Source: Pseudidiomarina andamanensis
Lineage (GTDB): Bacteria > Pseudomonadota > Gammaproteobacteria > Enterobacterales > Alteromonadaceae
Assembly: GCF_009734345.1 (NCBI RefSeq)
Contig: NZ_CP032551.1
Span: 930,001 to 962,000 of the forward strand
Length of the DNA: 32,000 nt
Direction of reading: 5' to 3'
In this document: piece by piece, positions 1-8,434 of the stretch
Layout: every line of letters starts with the position of its first letter
Position numbering within the stretch: position 1 is the first letter of the stretch
The notes under the pieces: model-generated
Databases searched by the model: none
The model's input: the letters and a program-made list of their open reading frames with translations, nothing else
What the model was told of the DNA's origin: nothing
Translations under genes and position numbers: made by a program

Positions 1-589
1 GAGACGTTTCTGGCGTGAAACCATCAAGATAATTTTCAGCAATAATTTTCTCTGGTGTCGCAATCAAAATCGCCGTAGTTCGCGCACCTGCGCCATAATG
101 TTTTGAAAATGCTTTTTGAATCACGCCATCAAGTTCTAAATTGCCAGTAACGTGATTAACCGGTTGGCGCTCCTGCCACGGCTCGCCGCTGTCTTTTTCA
201 ACTGCAGAATCTGCAAAAGGACGTGAAACCTTATCGGCGTCCGCAATCGTTGCGCCGACTGGAAGATCAACACACCCTAACCGAGGTCGCCACACCGAAA
301 TACGTTCGCGTTGACCATTATCATAAGCAACGCGAACTAATTTATTCTCGCGATCAACCATCGCCTTCATTGCTGCAACTTTGTCGGCAACCAATGAATA
401 AATACCAGTCAGCTCATGCTCACGAATAGCTGCTTCAGATTTATTAGCATTAAAAGTTGCGCTACACGTGTAGCCAGCAACATAACCTGCCGCATAGGCA
501 TTTATCGTCGTGTCTGACTCTTGCCCCTGAGCCGCAAATGTAGCCACAGCTAATGGCAATACAAACAACGATACGATGCGCTTTTTCAT
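1..589 (-). CDS. Serine hydrolase / beta-lactamase-family protein, N-terminal part (gene runs off the window start)
   Basis: Absent from the ORF track because it is open at the window edge. My minus-strand translation from ATG 589..587 (aagagg SD-like about 8 nt upstream) gives a signal peptide MKKRIVSLFVLPLAVATFAAQG and stays open to position 2, ending ...GARTTAILIATPEKIIAENYLDGFTPETS. That last stretch resembles the segment just before the SxxK motif of class-C-like hydrolases. The family call is recognition only. Confidence 0.55.
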   Translation of the reverse strand, partial: MKKRIVSLFVLPLAVATFAAQGQESDTTINAYAAGYVAGYTCSATFNANKSEAAIREHELTGIYSLVADKVAAMKAMVDRENKLVRVAYDNGQRERISVWRPRLGCVDLPVGATIADADKVSRPFADSAVEKDSGEPWQERQPVNHVTGNLELDGVIQKAFSKHYGAGARTTAILIATPEKIIAENYLDGFTPETS

Positions 590-610
590 AAGCAAACCTC
601 TTTAACCGAG

Positions 611-1504
611 TTACTCTGCGTGAATATGCCCGCGACCAAATTTATAGTCGATGGTTAGAATAAAGTGTTGCAGCACATCATAACCAATTAAGCCATCCAC
701 GCGAACACTTCCGACTCGAGTATTGAGCTCATCTTCAGCCTCACCAAACGTCGCATTAACTCCAGCCTCAGGTACCGTAATACCCACATTTTCTAATAAA
801 AATGGACCAAAACCTAAGGTTGGAATACGGAACATGTCGACGTTGCCAGTTGTATTGACGCCTCTTGAAATACCTTGGGTTACCGGAAATTTTTCTAGCC
901 AACCATGGTCTTCAGCCACTTCACGATTGAGATAAACACCGCTGTTACTGCCGGTATCAAGAATAAGCCATACCTCGGTTTCACCGTTTAAACTGACCTT
1001 CACAATCGGATCGCCAATACCGCGGCGCGGGCGCATAGGTAAGTTTTTGACATTGGCCATATCAATAGAATCATGATCAACAAACCGCATGCGGCTGTTC
1101 GGATAGTCAAACTGCAACACATATTGCTCGAGCACAGGCGCACCAAGAATAATTGCTGTATCTTCACCGCCAAAGTTGAGTTCAACGTAATCTAACTCAA
1201 GGTTTTGGCCGAACATTTCGGTTTTGACATCGCGATAAGCAATGCGCTCCTTAACACCGTGAACGCCCTTCACTTTTATCTTACTGCGGTGTTGCTTAGG
1301 AGTTAGCCCGTGTTTTTCAATAAACGCCTGGTTTATACCATTAATATTCGCCCCCGAATCCATAATGGCCCAACCTTCAACACCTTCTATCGTCACCTTT
1401 ACACGAATATGTCCATTGTCTTGTTCAAATGGCACCCAAGCGGAAACGCCGGCCATTGCAGACGCTGAAAATATGAAGCTGATAATGATTAGTATAGTGC
1501 GCAC
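611..1504 (-). CDS. Secreted two-lobed retropepsin-like (clan AA) aspartic protease
   Basis: 297-aa ORF with signal peptide MRTILIIISFIFSASAMA. It has two aspartic-protease signatures, one per half: IMDSGAN and ILDTGSN. Confidence 0.75.
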   Translation of the reverse strand: MRTILIIISFIFSASAMAGVSAWVPFEQDNGHIRVKVTIEGVEGWAIMDSGANINGINQAFIEKHGLTPKQHRSKIKVKGVHGVKERIAYRDVKTEMFGQNLELDYVELNFGGEDTAIILGAPVLEQYVLQFDYPNSRMRFVDHDSIDMANVKNLPMRPRRGIGDPIVKVSLNGETEVWLILDTGSNSGVYLNREVAEDHGWLEKFPVTQGISRGVNTTGNVDMFRIPTLGFGPFLLENVGITVPEAGVNATFGEAEDELNTRVGSVRVDGLIGYDVLQHFILTIDYKFGRGHIHAE

Positions 1505-1554
1505 GATAAGAATTCCTTTATTGTTGTAATAATTGGATGCTCGTTAAAATTTGG

Positions 1555-2769
1555 TTACAAGTCAAGCAAATAAATGCAAAGACCACCGACTAACCAAACC
1601 ACACTTAACGCGCTCAATACATTCATGATTTGTGCGCCAATACCAGATGAACCACCATGGTCGTGATGATGGTGTTCGCTGTGCTGGCGGTGTTGATTCC
1701 AAAGCATGACTAATAGCCCGCTAATGACTAAAAATAAAATGTTCAGTACAAATCCGTAGTTCAATTGAAAGTGTTCTTGCTCAGCAGGCGATGTCCACTG
1801 TGACACATTAGGCAGTAAATCAAACCAATATAAACCGTAGTGCATGAGCAACGAGGCAGTTACCAAGCAGACGAACAGCATCAGTGCAATATACAACGCC
1901 ATTTTCCAGCCGTAATAACGTGCATTAATGCGTAACACTGGCCAAACAATGAGGTCAGAGAAAATAAACGCCATCACGCCGGCAAAGGCGACACCTTCGC
2001 CGAAAAGAACGGCAGCTAATGGAATGTTACCCATCGAGCCAATAAACGTGAAAAATGCAGCAATTGGTCCCACCACAGCTTGCTGTAGCAGCGCCCAAAA
2101 GTTTAATTCAGCATCGCCACCAACACCCAAAAATAGCCACTCGAAAAAACTGCTCGGTACAAAAGCGGAAATAACTCCCGCCACAGTGAAACCGAGTAAA
2201 ATGTCCTGCCATACCATTTGCCATTCCATGACATATTTGTGGCCGACTTGACGCCATGTATCTCGCTCAAATAAATCCGACCACGTGTTGCCATGTTCAT
2301 GGCCATCGTCATCGTCGTTTTCGCGCGCTTGTTCAATTAATTTGGCTGGCTTTGTCACCGTAATGAATAGCCACACCAGTGCAATTAGTAGCAAGCCCCC
2401 AACATATTCCCCCACCACAAATTGCCAACCAAGAAATATAGAAATGACAAAGCCAAGCTCGATAACTAAATTGGTAGACGCCAACATAAATGCCATCGAG
2501 GCACTAAATGCAGCGCCTTTATTGAACAACGCACGCGTAGTGGAAAGTGCCGCGAAGCTACATGAACTGGAGATAAAACCAAAAAACGTTGCGAGAGATA
2601 CTGATTTTAAATTGTTATCGCCCATGGCTCGGCGCATACGTTGCTTCGTTATTAATACTTGAATCAGGCTACTAATAAAATAACCGAGCACGAATGCCCA
2701 CAGTGCCATCCAGAAAAATCCAAAACTGGTATAAACTGATTGACCCCACGTATGCAAAAAGCTGTCCAT
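1555..2769 (-). CDS. Polytopic inner-membrane permease (predicted-permease/ArsP-like family) with His-rich segments
   Basis: 404-aa ORF that is strongly hydrophobic throughout. It contains SSSCSFAAL-type motifs, an acidic/His loop (ENDDDDGHEHG) and a C-terminal HRQHSEHHHHDHGG tract, which suggests metal handling. Confidence 0.65.
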   Translation of the reverse strand: MDSFLHTWGQSVYTSFGFFWMALWAFVLGYFISSLIQVLITKQRMRRAMGDNNLKSVSLATFFGFISSSCSFAALSTTRALFNKGAAFSASMAFMLASTNLVIELGFVISIFLGWQFVVGEYVGGLLLIALVWLFITVTKPAKLIEQARENDDDDGHEHGNTWSDLFERDTWRQVGHKYVMEWQMVWQDILLGFTVAGVISAFVPSSFFEWLFLGVGGDAELNFWALLQQAVVGPIAAFFTFIGSMGNIPLAAVLFGEGVAFAGVMAFIFSDLIVWPVLRINARYYGWKMALYIALMLFVCLVTASLLMHYGLYWFDLLPNVSQWTSPAEQEHFQLNYGFVLNILFLVISGLLVMLWNQHRQHSEHHHHDHGGSSGIGAQIMNVLSALSVVWLVGGLCIYLLDL

Positions 2770-2878
2770 GTGTGCGCCTTATATTTGAGAAATCGTGTTT
2801 TTACCGTATCAATCGCAGCAGATGGGGTCAAATTTAAGCATTGTTTAGATAGTTTATTCGATGGGGTTTTAGCGAATA

Positions 2879-3013
2879 GTGAAAAAGAAACAGGATTTAC
2901 CAACAAAAATATGCCCCGTATGTCAGCGTCCGTTTACTTGGCGTAAAAAGTGGGAACGTTGTTGGGACGAAGTGAAATATTGTTCAGAGAGATGCCGGCG
3001 TAGCAAACACTAG
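2879..3013 (+). CDS. Small DUF2256-type zinc-ribbon protein
   Basis: 44-codon ORF below the track cut-off, GTG start. My translation is [44 protein letters not shown]. The CPxC...[19 protein letters not shown] pattern is the conserved DUF2256 signature as I remember it. Confidence 0.55.
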   Translation: MKKKQDLPTKICPVCQRPFTWRKKWERCWDEVKYCSERCRRSKH

Positions 3014-3032
3014 GCCGGCAGTAATTTATAGT

Positions 3033-3380
3033 TTAATCGTCTTTGCCTGCTTGGCGCTTCACAAATTGCGATTTCAGCATCATGTCGCCAGCACCATCAA
3101 CTTTGCAATCGATATCGTGGTCACCCTCAACAAAACGCTTAATCACCGCTTTTGTACCAACTTTCAATACCAGCGATGAGCCTTTCACTTTTAGGTCTTT
3201 AATCAGGGTTACTTTGTCGCCTTCAGCGAGTGGCGTGCCGTTCGCATCTTTTACCTGAATGGCGTCATCTTCAACAACCTCATTCGGGTTCCATTCATGA
3301 CCACACTCTGGGCAAATTAGTAGCGCTTGGTCTTCATACACATAGCTTGAATCACATTTCGGGCAATTAGGAAGGCTCAT
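3033..3380 (-). CDS. yjdM: Zinc-ribbon protein YjdM (PhnA family)
   Basis: 115 aa. The N-terminal [25 protein letters not shown] zinc ribbon plus the C-terminal KVKGSS..LKVGTKV..IRL-like domain are typical of YjdM/PhnA. Confidence 0.9.
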   Translation of the reverse strand: MSLPNCPKCDSSYVYEDQALLICPECGHEWNPNEVVEDDAIQVKDANGTPLAEGDKVTLIKDLKVKGSSLVLKVGTKAVIKRFVEGDHDIDCKVDGAGDMMLKSQFVKRQAGKDD

Positions 3381-3591
3381 AGTTTCACATCTTATTTAAC
3401 TTGGCGGCTTATAGTGGCGAGATCATAGCGCTTCGCCGCAAGAAATAGAATCATTGGCGTTCAATTTATCTGTCACGCCATGTTGCCAGTCATGCCCCCT
3501 TTGCACATGGAAACTTCATTGAACTCAACTAGACTTACAGACACACAGTATGTGTCTGCTCAAGTTAACTCAACTGAGTTAAGGAGGGGTT

Positions 3592-3819
3592 ATGAGACTC
3601 GACGCTATATTAAGAGATCCATCGGCGGTTTATAAAAGGCCTGACGACATTGTGCAAGACAGTAACCTCAATGATGATGAAAAGCTTGAAGTGTTAGAAC
3701 AATGGGAATTTGACGCTCGCGAATTGCAGGTTGCATCTGATGAAAATATGCCAGGCGAACAAGAGGCGCCATTGGATGAAATTCTTGCCGCGAAGAAAAA
3801 ATTGAGAAGTCGTCGGTAG
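3592..3819 (+). CDS. Small acidic hypothetical protein (75 aa)
   Basis: A strong SD (taaggagggg) lies about 5 nt before the ATG and the frame is clean. No domain recognised. Confidence 0.6.
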   Translation: MRLDAILRDPSAVYKRPDDIVQDSNLNDDEKLEVLEQWEFDARELQVASDENMPGEQEAPLDEILAAKKKLRSRR

Positions 3820-3865
3820 TTTAATCTTCGTTTGCAGAGCAAAGGTTGCAAGCAGCTCATGATAA

Positions 3866-3881
3866 CTGTATAAATGCACAG
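3866..3881 (+). promoter_or_regulatory. LexA (SOS) box upstream of yebG
   Basis: CTGTataaatgcACAG matches the CTGT-N8-ACAG gammaproteobacterial LexA consensus exactly. It sits 29 nt upstream of the yebG start, and yebG is a known SOS gene in E. coli. Confidence 0.7.
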
Positions 3882-3909
3882 TATATTAAAATATCCAAGA
3901 GGATGAATC

Positions 3910-4185
3910 ATGGCTGTAGTAACCCAATACGTTGTTGTGCGAAACGGAGAGGAAAAAATGACGTTTAACAGTAAAGCTGAAGCCGACGCCTACGACAAAA
4001 TGTTGGACATGGTGGACGAGCTACTCCCTCTGCTTGAACGTAGCGAAACCATCACCGATGAAAAAACGATTGAAGATTTGGCATTCTTCCTAGCCCGCGA
4101 ACGCGATCAGGTATTGATTGCCCTTGGCGCGAAGAAACCTGCGAAAAAAGCTGCGCCGAAAGCGGTTGTGAGTAAGGTTGCTTAG
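3910..4185 (+). CDS. yebG: DNA damage-inducible protein YebG
   Basis: MAVVTQYVVVRNGEEKMTFNSKAEADAYDKMLDMVDEL closely parallels E. coli YebG (MAVEVKYVVIREGEEKMSFTSKKEADAYDKMLD...). It is preceded by a LexA box. Confidence 0.85.
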   Translation: MAVVTQYVVVRNGEEKMTFNSKAEADAYDKMLDMVDELLPLLERSETITDEKTIEDLAFFLARERDQVLIALGAKKPAKKAAPKAVVSKVA

Positions 4186-4210
4186 TACTGTTTGCTCGGT
4201 CACATTCCGG

Positions 4211-4280
4211 AAAACAAAAACGCCGCTTCATGAGCGGCGTTTTATTAGGATTTGGTGGAGCTGGCGGGAGTTGAACCCAT
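4211..4280 (-). repeat. Distal att-type direct repeat: duplicated ssrA 3' end (26 nt) plus ssrA terminator
   Basis: aaaacaaaaacgccgcttcatgagcggcgttttattaggatttggtggagctggcgggagttgaaccc(at) is near-identical to 14838-14904, the real tmRNA 3' end, and to 11652-11720. Confidence 0.85.
4216..4243 (+). terminator. Intrinsic terminator (bidirectional shape) after yebG, part of the distal ssrA repeat
   Basis: aaaaaCGCCGCTtcatgAGCGGCGtttt: a 7-bp GC stem flanked by an A-run and a T-run. Confidence 0.7.
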
Positions 4281-4304
4281 CTATTACCTTTATCTTTCAA
4301 GAGG

Positions 4305-5315
4305 CTATTTTTTTCGGCCTAAAATTTCAATGTAATCTTGCTCTAATAAATTAGAGATTGACGATTCAAGTACTTTATACGGCGGAAATATTTTTTTGAG
4401 CTTTTCAAATTTATGATTTTTATAGACTATACCAATTGGGTCATAAATTGCACATTTTGCTATAGCTTGTTTTGAAAAACATTCTTGACTGGCAATTATT
4501 AATTTAGAAGTAACTTTGAATAGGTATTCCGCCGTTTCTGGTGCTTCCTCCAGCACAGTTTCAATTGCTGTAGCAAAGGAGGTATTTGAAGCTACTTGTT
4601 CAAAGTTGTTATTTGGAATCAGAAGATTTCCATCTTCATTCGGCTCAATATTCTGAAGAATCGATTCCTTTCTAATTAGCGCAAGTTGCAATGTCTTATA
4701 AAAATGTACAAAGTCTAAATCGACCCTTGTTAGATCGATGATAATATTGCCTTTATCCCCAGTCTCAGCTTCATAAAATAACGGTTCGTAGTACTTCGAA
4801 AACCTTCCGTGCAAATATCCATATCTTGAAAATTTTATTGAGTTATACGTAATGTCATTTACATCCAATTTTGAAAATATGGCTCGGAATGCTCTAAACG
4901 CATCTGACTCATATCCCCGCAGTAAAGATGATAATGCGGCATCCGTGTCTGTCACTAATATCAATCGGGTATATAAATCCTCAATCAATTCATTTACTAA
5001 AGTTATTTCGTTAACTTCGGATTTGAGTTCGTCTTTGTCATGTACGATTTGGGCGTTATGGGCGCCTGTATATGCAGCAGCTAAAGCGCCTGTTATACCT
5101 AACAACGGTATAGTATATTTCGAACTGATAACCACACTAATAACCAAAAGAATAGCCGTTACTACAACCAAGACTTTGAGAACAAACTTAAGCGCATTCT
5201 TTTGATAGTCGTCCGATACTTTATTCTTTAGCTCACTATACGCCGTGCTTAACTTAGACAAAACACTTTGAGTTCTCCCAATTAGATTAATATTATTAAA
5301 TTTCACCTGAGCCAC
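4305..5315 (-). CDS. Hypothetical membrane protein (2 predicted TM helices plus ~240-aa soluble domain)
   Basis: 336-aa ORF, very AT-rich. The hydrophobic stretches are FVLKVLVVVTAILLVISVVI and IPLLGITGALAAAYTGA. The track start is GTG 5315. GTG 5306 has the better SD (aggtgg, 5-nt spacer) and forms a GTGA overlap with the integrase-remnant stop. No known domain recognised. Confidence 0.6.
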   Translation of the reverse strand: MAQVKFNNINLIGRTQSVLSKLSTAYSELKNKVSDDYQKNALKFVLKVLVVVTAILLVISVVISSKYTIPLLGITGALAAAYTGAHNAQIVHDKDELKSEVNEITLVNELIEDLYTRLILVTDTDAALSSLLRGYESDAFRAFRAIFSKLDVNDITYNSIKFSRYGYLHGRFSKYYEPLFYEAETGDKGNIIIDLTRVDLDFVHFYKTLQLALIRKESILQNIEPNEDGNLLIPNNNFEQVASNTSFATAIETVLEEAPETAEYLFKVTSKLIIASQECFSKQAIAKCAIYDPIGIVYKNHKFEKLKKIFPPYKVLESSISNLLEQDYIEILGRKK

Positions 5316-5925
5316 CTTTCGTAGACTTTCCGTATCATACCCCGGTCTTTATGTCCTAGTTGCCGTGCTACCCGCATCAGGTTTTCACCGTTAGTCAGCA
5401 TCGTCGATGCGCAAGTATGTCGGCATGCATCGGGCTTTAAGTATCTGACTTTAGACTGTTTTAAAGCGGGTTGCCAGTATCGTTCAACGGGCACGCCATC
5501 ATACTTCCAACGTTTGCCAGTTTTGGAGTCAAGAAACACATAGCCGGTGCGGTGAAATAATTGCCACGGAACATTTAATGCATTCTCATTCAGTTCGTGT
5601 GTTCGGTTACTGGCGGTTTTCGTACCAACTTTACGCCCTTTCATAATTGATTCACGAATGAAAATCACACCACGTTCAATATCAACATTATCCCACCGTA
5701 AACCGATTTGCTCACCAGTTCTTAGAAATGTCCCAAATGCGAACACGTAAAAATCACGGACATTGCTCCTTGGGAATACTTCCAACATTCGTTCATATTC
5801 ATCGGCATTGAATGCCTTAGCCTATTCGCGTTCAGTTCGCATTCCTTTAACGCTTTTCATCCGATTGAACTCTATGATGTCGTCATACATCAAATACAGA
5901 CTGCTACAAGGCAGCTCCATTGGTA
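5303..5925 (-). pseudogene. Tyrosine integrase remnant A (5'-truncated, internal nonsense codon)
   Basis: ORF 5303..5788 encodes the catalytic C-terminus: LRTGEQIGLRWDNV, CRHTCAST, LGHKDRGMIRKVYERWLR with the putative catalytic Tyr. Homology to integrase B continues upstream of 5788 (SLYLMYDDIIEFNRMKSVKGMRTERE*AKAFNADEYERML) through an in-frame TAG. It stops abruptly next to the 5933 gene. Confidence 0.8.
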
Positions 5926-5932
5926 GTCACTA

Positions 5933-6673
5933 TTATTCACTTATTCTAAAAACTAGAGGCTCTGGAACGGCGTACAGTAACGATCTTTTGATGCGGCCTT
6001 TAGGGAAACCTGTAACTTCAAATAGTTCGTCTTTGAGTAATGCTGCTTCCTTTGCTGTTAATCGGGGATCGAGCATTAGTTGATCAATTAGTTCACATGG
6101 GCTAACCGGATAGGAATATAGACTGTTTTTTGCTCTTCTGAAGACGTCATGATACAAAAGACGAACCTCTCTTTCGTGGCTAAAGGCACGGCGTTTAATT
6201 AACAGTGACTTGAAAATATTGATATTAGCAATTCCTAAATCACTAAATATCTCGAGTCCAAAGTCAATTAGCTTTTTCTGGGACCAATACTGAACCTTCC
6301 CAATACCACTTGTCATATATCCGAGTGGAGGATGGGCCGCCTCGATGCTTGAGAGTAGTTTCCGAATGGTTGTTCTCACTCTTATTCCCGCAAAGTCAGG
6401 TGAATAAATGCGCCACATAGCGTCTGAGGCTGAATTCAACGTCCAACATTGACCATATGTATTTTCATGGAATGGATATTCAGTCTCAAGCGTGCTTTTT
6501 TCACTTTGGATTTTCGACTTCATAAGAAGGTTTTCGAAGGGGTCGTCCCATTTACTCGGATGAGCCAAAATGTTTTTCTCTTGTTTGAAAAGCTGTAATA
6601 AATGCTCCTTTTTAAAAATCCTGTAGACCTGTTTATCGAGGCATTCGTCATGCATGTATATAAGATTTTTCAT
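5933..6673 (-). CDS. DUF2971-family protein
   Basis: 246 aa. The following motifs fit the DUF2971 pattern as I remember it: VYRIFKKEHLLQLFKQEKNILAHPSKWDDPFEN (N-terminal ...fNDPfE), CWTLNSASDAMWRIYSPDFAGIRV (...CfS..MW..Y..g..Gv), and the late HEREVRL (E.EwR) motif. Confidence 0.65.
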   Translation of the reverse strand: MKNLIYMHDECLDKQVYRIFKKEHLLQLFKQEKNILAHPSKWDDPFENLLMKSKIQSEKSTLETEYPFHENTYGQCWTLNSASDAMWRIYSPDFAGIRVRTTIRKLLSSIEAAHPPLGYMTSGIGKVQYWSQKKLIDFGLEIFSDLGIANINIFKSLLIKRRAFSHEREVRLLYHDVFRRAKNSLYSYPVSPCELIDQLMLDPRLTAKEAALLKDELFEVTGFPKGRIKRSLLYAVPEPLVFRISE

Positions 6674-6827
6674 ATGCCTCCCAAGGCACTCGATAAAAGA
6701 TTTTAAGTGTTCAAATTTCGTTTTCTTATCCTGAGGATTCCTAGTCTAATTAACGTCCTTGAGGATCTTGAAGAATCATCAAATACTTCTAAATTTAGCT
6801 AGCCAGTTAAATTAATGACACGTCCTA

Positions 6828-8231
6828 TTATGCAACTCGCTTTTGCGATGTAGTGTCAACGTCACGATTTGTCACTTTCAATGTCGATAATCTAGGCTTA
6901 ATCAACTCTGCAATCGCCCGGAAAACAGGCACGACTACCGAGTTACCAAATTGTTTATAGGCTTGCGTATCTGACACCGGAATCACGAACTCACTACCGT
7001 TTGGCGTGCTAAAACCCATTAGTCGCGAACACTCTAACGGGGTTAATCGACGGGGTCTGTTTGCTACGTTCTGCGGATCATCAAAGGGCTTGCTCGCGTC
7101 AAAGCCTCGATCGACCAGAATTTCAGAACCATCCTTGTAATAGCGCGCCGAGAGTGTACGCGCTCGATCGTTCGGGCCAACTAAACCAAATCCGAAACCA
7201 TTACCTTTCTCCTGATGCTTTTTCGCATAGTTGAACAGGTACTCCCATAGGTTTGGCGTCAATATGTACTTATTGTCAACCTCAGGCTCAAGAATATCCC
7301 CTAGCTTTGGTGCTGTGGCTTTCGATGGCTTTTTTAAATCTCTTAAGGTAAACCCTTGATGAATATTCAAATCCCGCCGAAAGCCAACCAATACGATTCG
7401 CTCTCGATGCTGAGGCACCCAGTGCGCACCATCAATAATACGAGGATCATTTGGCCCTTCATGGTTGGCATCAGCAACTTCATAGCCAAGTTCATCCAAA
7501 GCTTTCATGATCACTTTAAACGTTTTACCACGGTCGTGGCTCTTCAAGTTCTTAACGTTCTCTAACACAAAAGCCGGTGGACGCTTGGCAGCAATGATGC
7601 GAGCGACATCAAAGAACAACGTACCTTGGGTGTCACATTCAAACCCATGCTTAACACCTAATGCATTTTTCTTCGACACCCCAGCAATTGAGAACGGCTG
7701 GCATGGGAAACCAGCAAGCAATACATCGTGATCAGGAATGACAGAATCAATGTGTTCATAAGCTTTCTCATCTGACACCGACGGATCAGCGCTTAGTGTG
7801 ACATCCCGAATATCCTCATTGAATCGGTGATATTCATTGTCACACGCATAGTTAGCCTTGTAGGTACGTACCGCGAATTTATTCCACTCGCTTGTGAATA
7901 CGCATAACCCACCCTGCTCTTCGAAGCCTTTACGAATACCACCAATCCCGGCAAATAAATCAATAAAGCGGAAATCACAAGTGTCAGGTGTTACTTTCGG
8001 CTCTGGAAAAAGCTTCAGAAGATGCAGATACTCTGAGTGAGTCAAGCTAGGCGCTGCTTTACCTTTTACCCATCGGTTAATTGTCTCTCGCGTCCAACGG
8101 TTATTTGGAAGCTGATTCAAATACTCAGCAAGGAACGTTTGGTCGTATATTTCCAGTAACTTGGTAACGACTTCTAGATCAGCCATTTCGTTTCGTTGTT
8201 GTTCTTCTGTGTTCAAGCTCATCTGGTACAC
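6828..8231 (-). CDS. DNA (cytosine-5)-methyltransferase with ~85-aa N-terminal HTH-like extension (type II R-M M subunit)
   Basis: The canonical m5C motifs are present: [10 protein letters not shown] (I), GFPCQPFS (IV), ENVKNL (VI), [14 protein letters not shown] (IX), [10 protein letters not shown] (X). The N-terminal extension contains an XRE-like stretch, [21 protein letters not shown]. The GTG start at 8231 has a gggag SD 5 nt upstream. An alternative ATG lies at 8222. Confidence 0.93.
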   Translation of the reverse strand: MYQMSLNTEEQQRNEMADLEVVTKLLEIYDQTFLAEYLNQLPNNRWTRETINRWVKGKAAPSLTHSEYLHLLKLFPEPKVTPDTCDFRFIDLFAGIGGIRKGFEEQGGLCVFTSEWNKFAVRTYKANYACDNEYHRFNEDIRDVTLSADPSVSDEKAYEHIDSVIPDHDVLLAGFPCQPFSIAGVSKKNALGVKHGFECDTQGTLFFDVARIIAAKRPPAFVLENVKNLKSHDRGKTFKVIMKALDELGYEVADANHEGPNDPRIIDGAHWVPQHRERIVLVGFRRDLNIHQGFTLRDLKKPSKATAPKLGDILEPEVDNKYILTPNLWEYLFNYAKKHQEKGNGFGFGLVGPNDRARTLSARYYKDGSEILVDRGFDASKPFDDPQNVANRPRRLTPLECSRLMGFSTPNGSEFVIPVSDTQAYKQFGNSVVVPVFRAIAELIKPRLSTLKVTNRDVDTTSQKRVA

Positions 8232-8252
8232 TCTCGCTCCCTAGGACATTTA

Positions 8253-8269
8253 TGTGATATAAGATCACA
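8253..8269. promoter_or_regulatory. Candidate operator palindrome in the M/R divergent intergenic region
   Basis: TGTGATataagATCACA (6-bp arms, 5-nt spacer) lies 22 nt upstream of the methyltransferase start. Confidence 0.3.
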
Positions 8270-8434
8270 CAATCGTTCCAATGCGTCAACAATAAACTGA
8301 TCATTTATACAGTGTATATTTAATCATCAGTCTTGCCAGTTTATGAGATATATTTCCGTTAATGCTTACAATAATCTTTGCTATTCACTTAATCTTTACA
8401 TGTTGGTAATGTAGCCAACTGGTATAGAAAAATA

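Noticed and set aside
223-429. 68-aa plus-strand ORF at the window start
   Set aside because: It lies entirely antisense to the open-ended minus-strand hydrolase gene, which has a signal peptide, an SD and a sensible translation.
1928-2662. Antisense 'shadow' ORFs inside real genes: 1928..2251 and 2285..2662, and similarly 16583..17119, 20634..20903, 22306..22801, 25445..26107, 26667..26954 and 28432..28749
   Set aside because: They lie opposite long ORFs with clear family motifs. They have low-complexity or compositionally odd translations and no translation signals.
2993-3020. Hairpin tgccggc-N14-gccggca between the DUF2256 ORF and yjdM as a terminator
   Set aside because: The stem is 7 bp with a large loop and no U-run on either strand, and it overlaps the end of the DUF2256 coding sequence. 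The evidence is too weak to call.
4052-4300. 82-aa minus-strand ORF across the yebG 3' end and the distal att repeat. The same applies to 11425..11826 across the internal att repeat.
   Set aside because: Both read straight through terminator hairpins and the tmRNA-derived repeat. Both are antisense to better-supported genes and lack SD sequences.
6728-6770. atcctgaggat palindrome and nearby ccttgaggatc repeat between the DUF2971 gene and the methyltransferase stop
   Set aside because: The arms are short (5 bp) and the site is not positioned as an obvious terminator or operator. It could be chance in AT-rich DNA.
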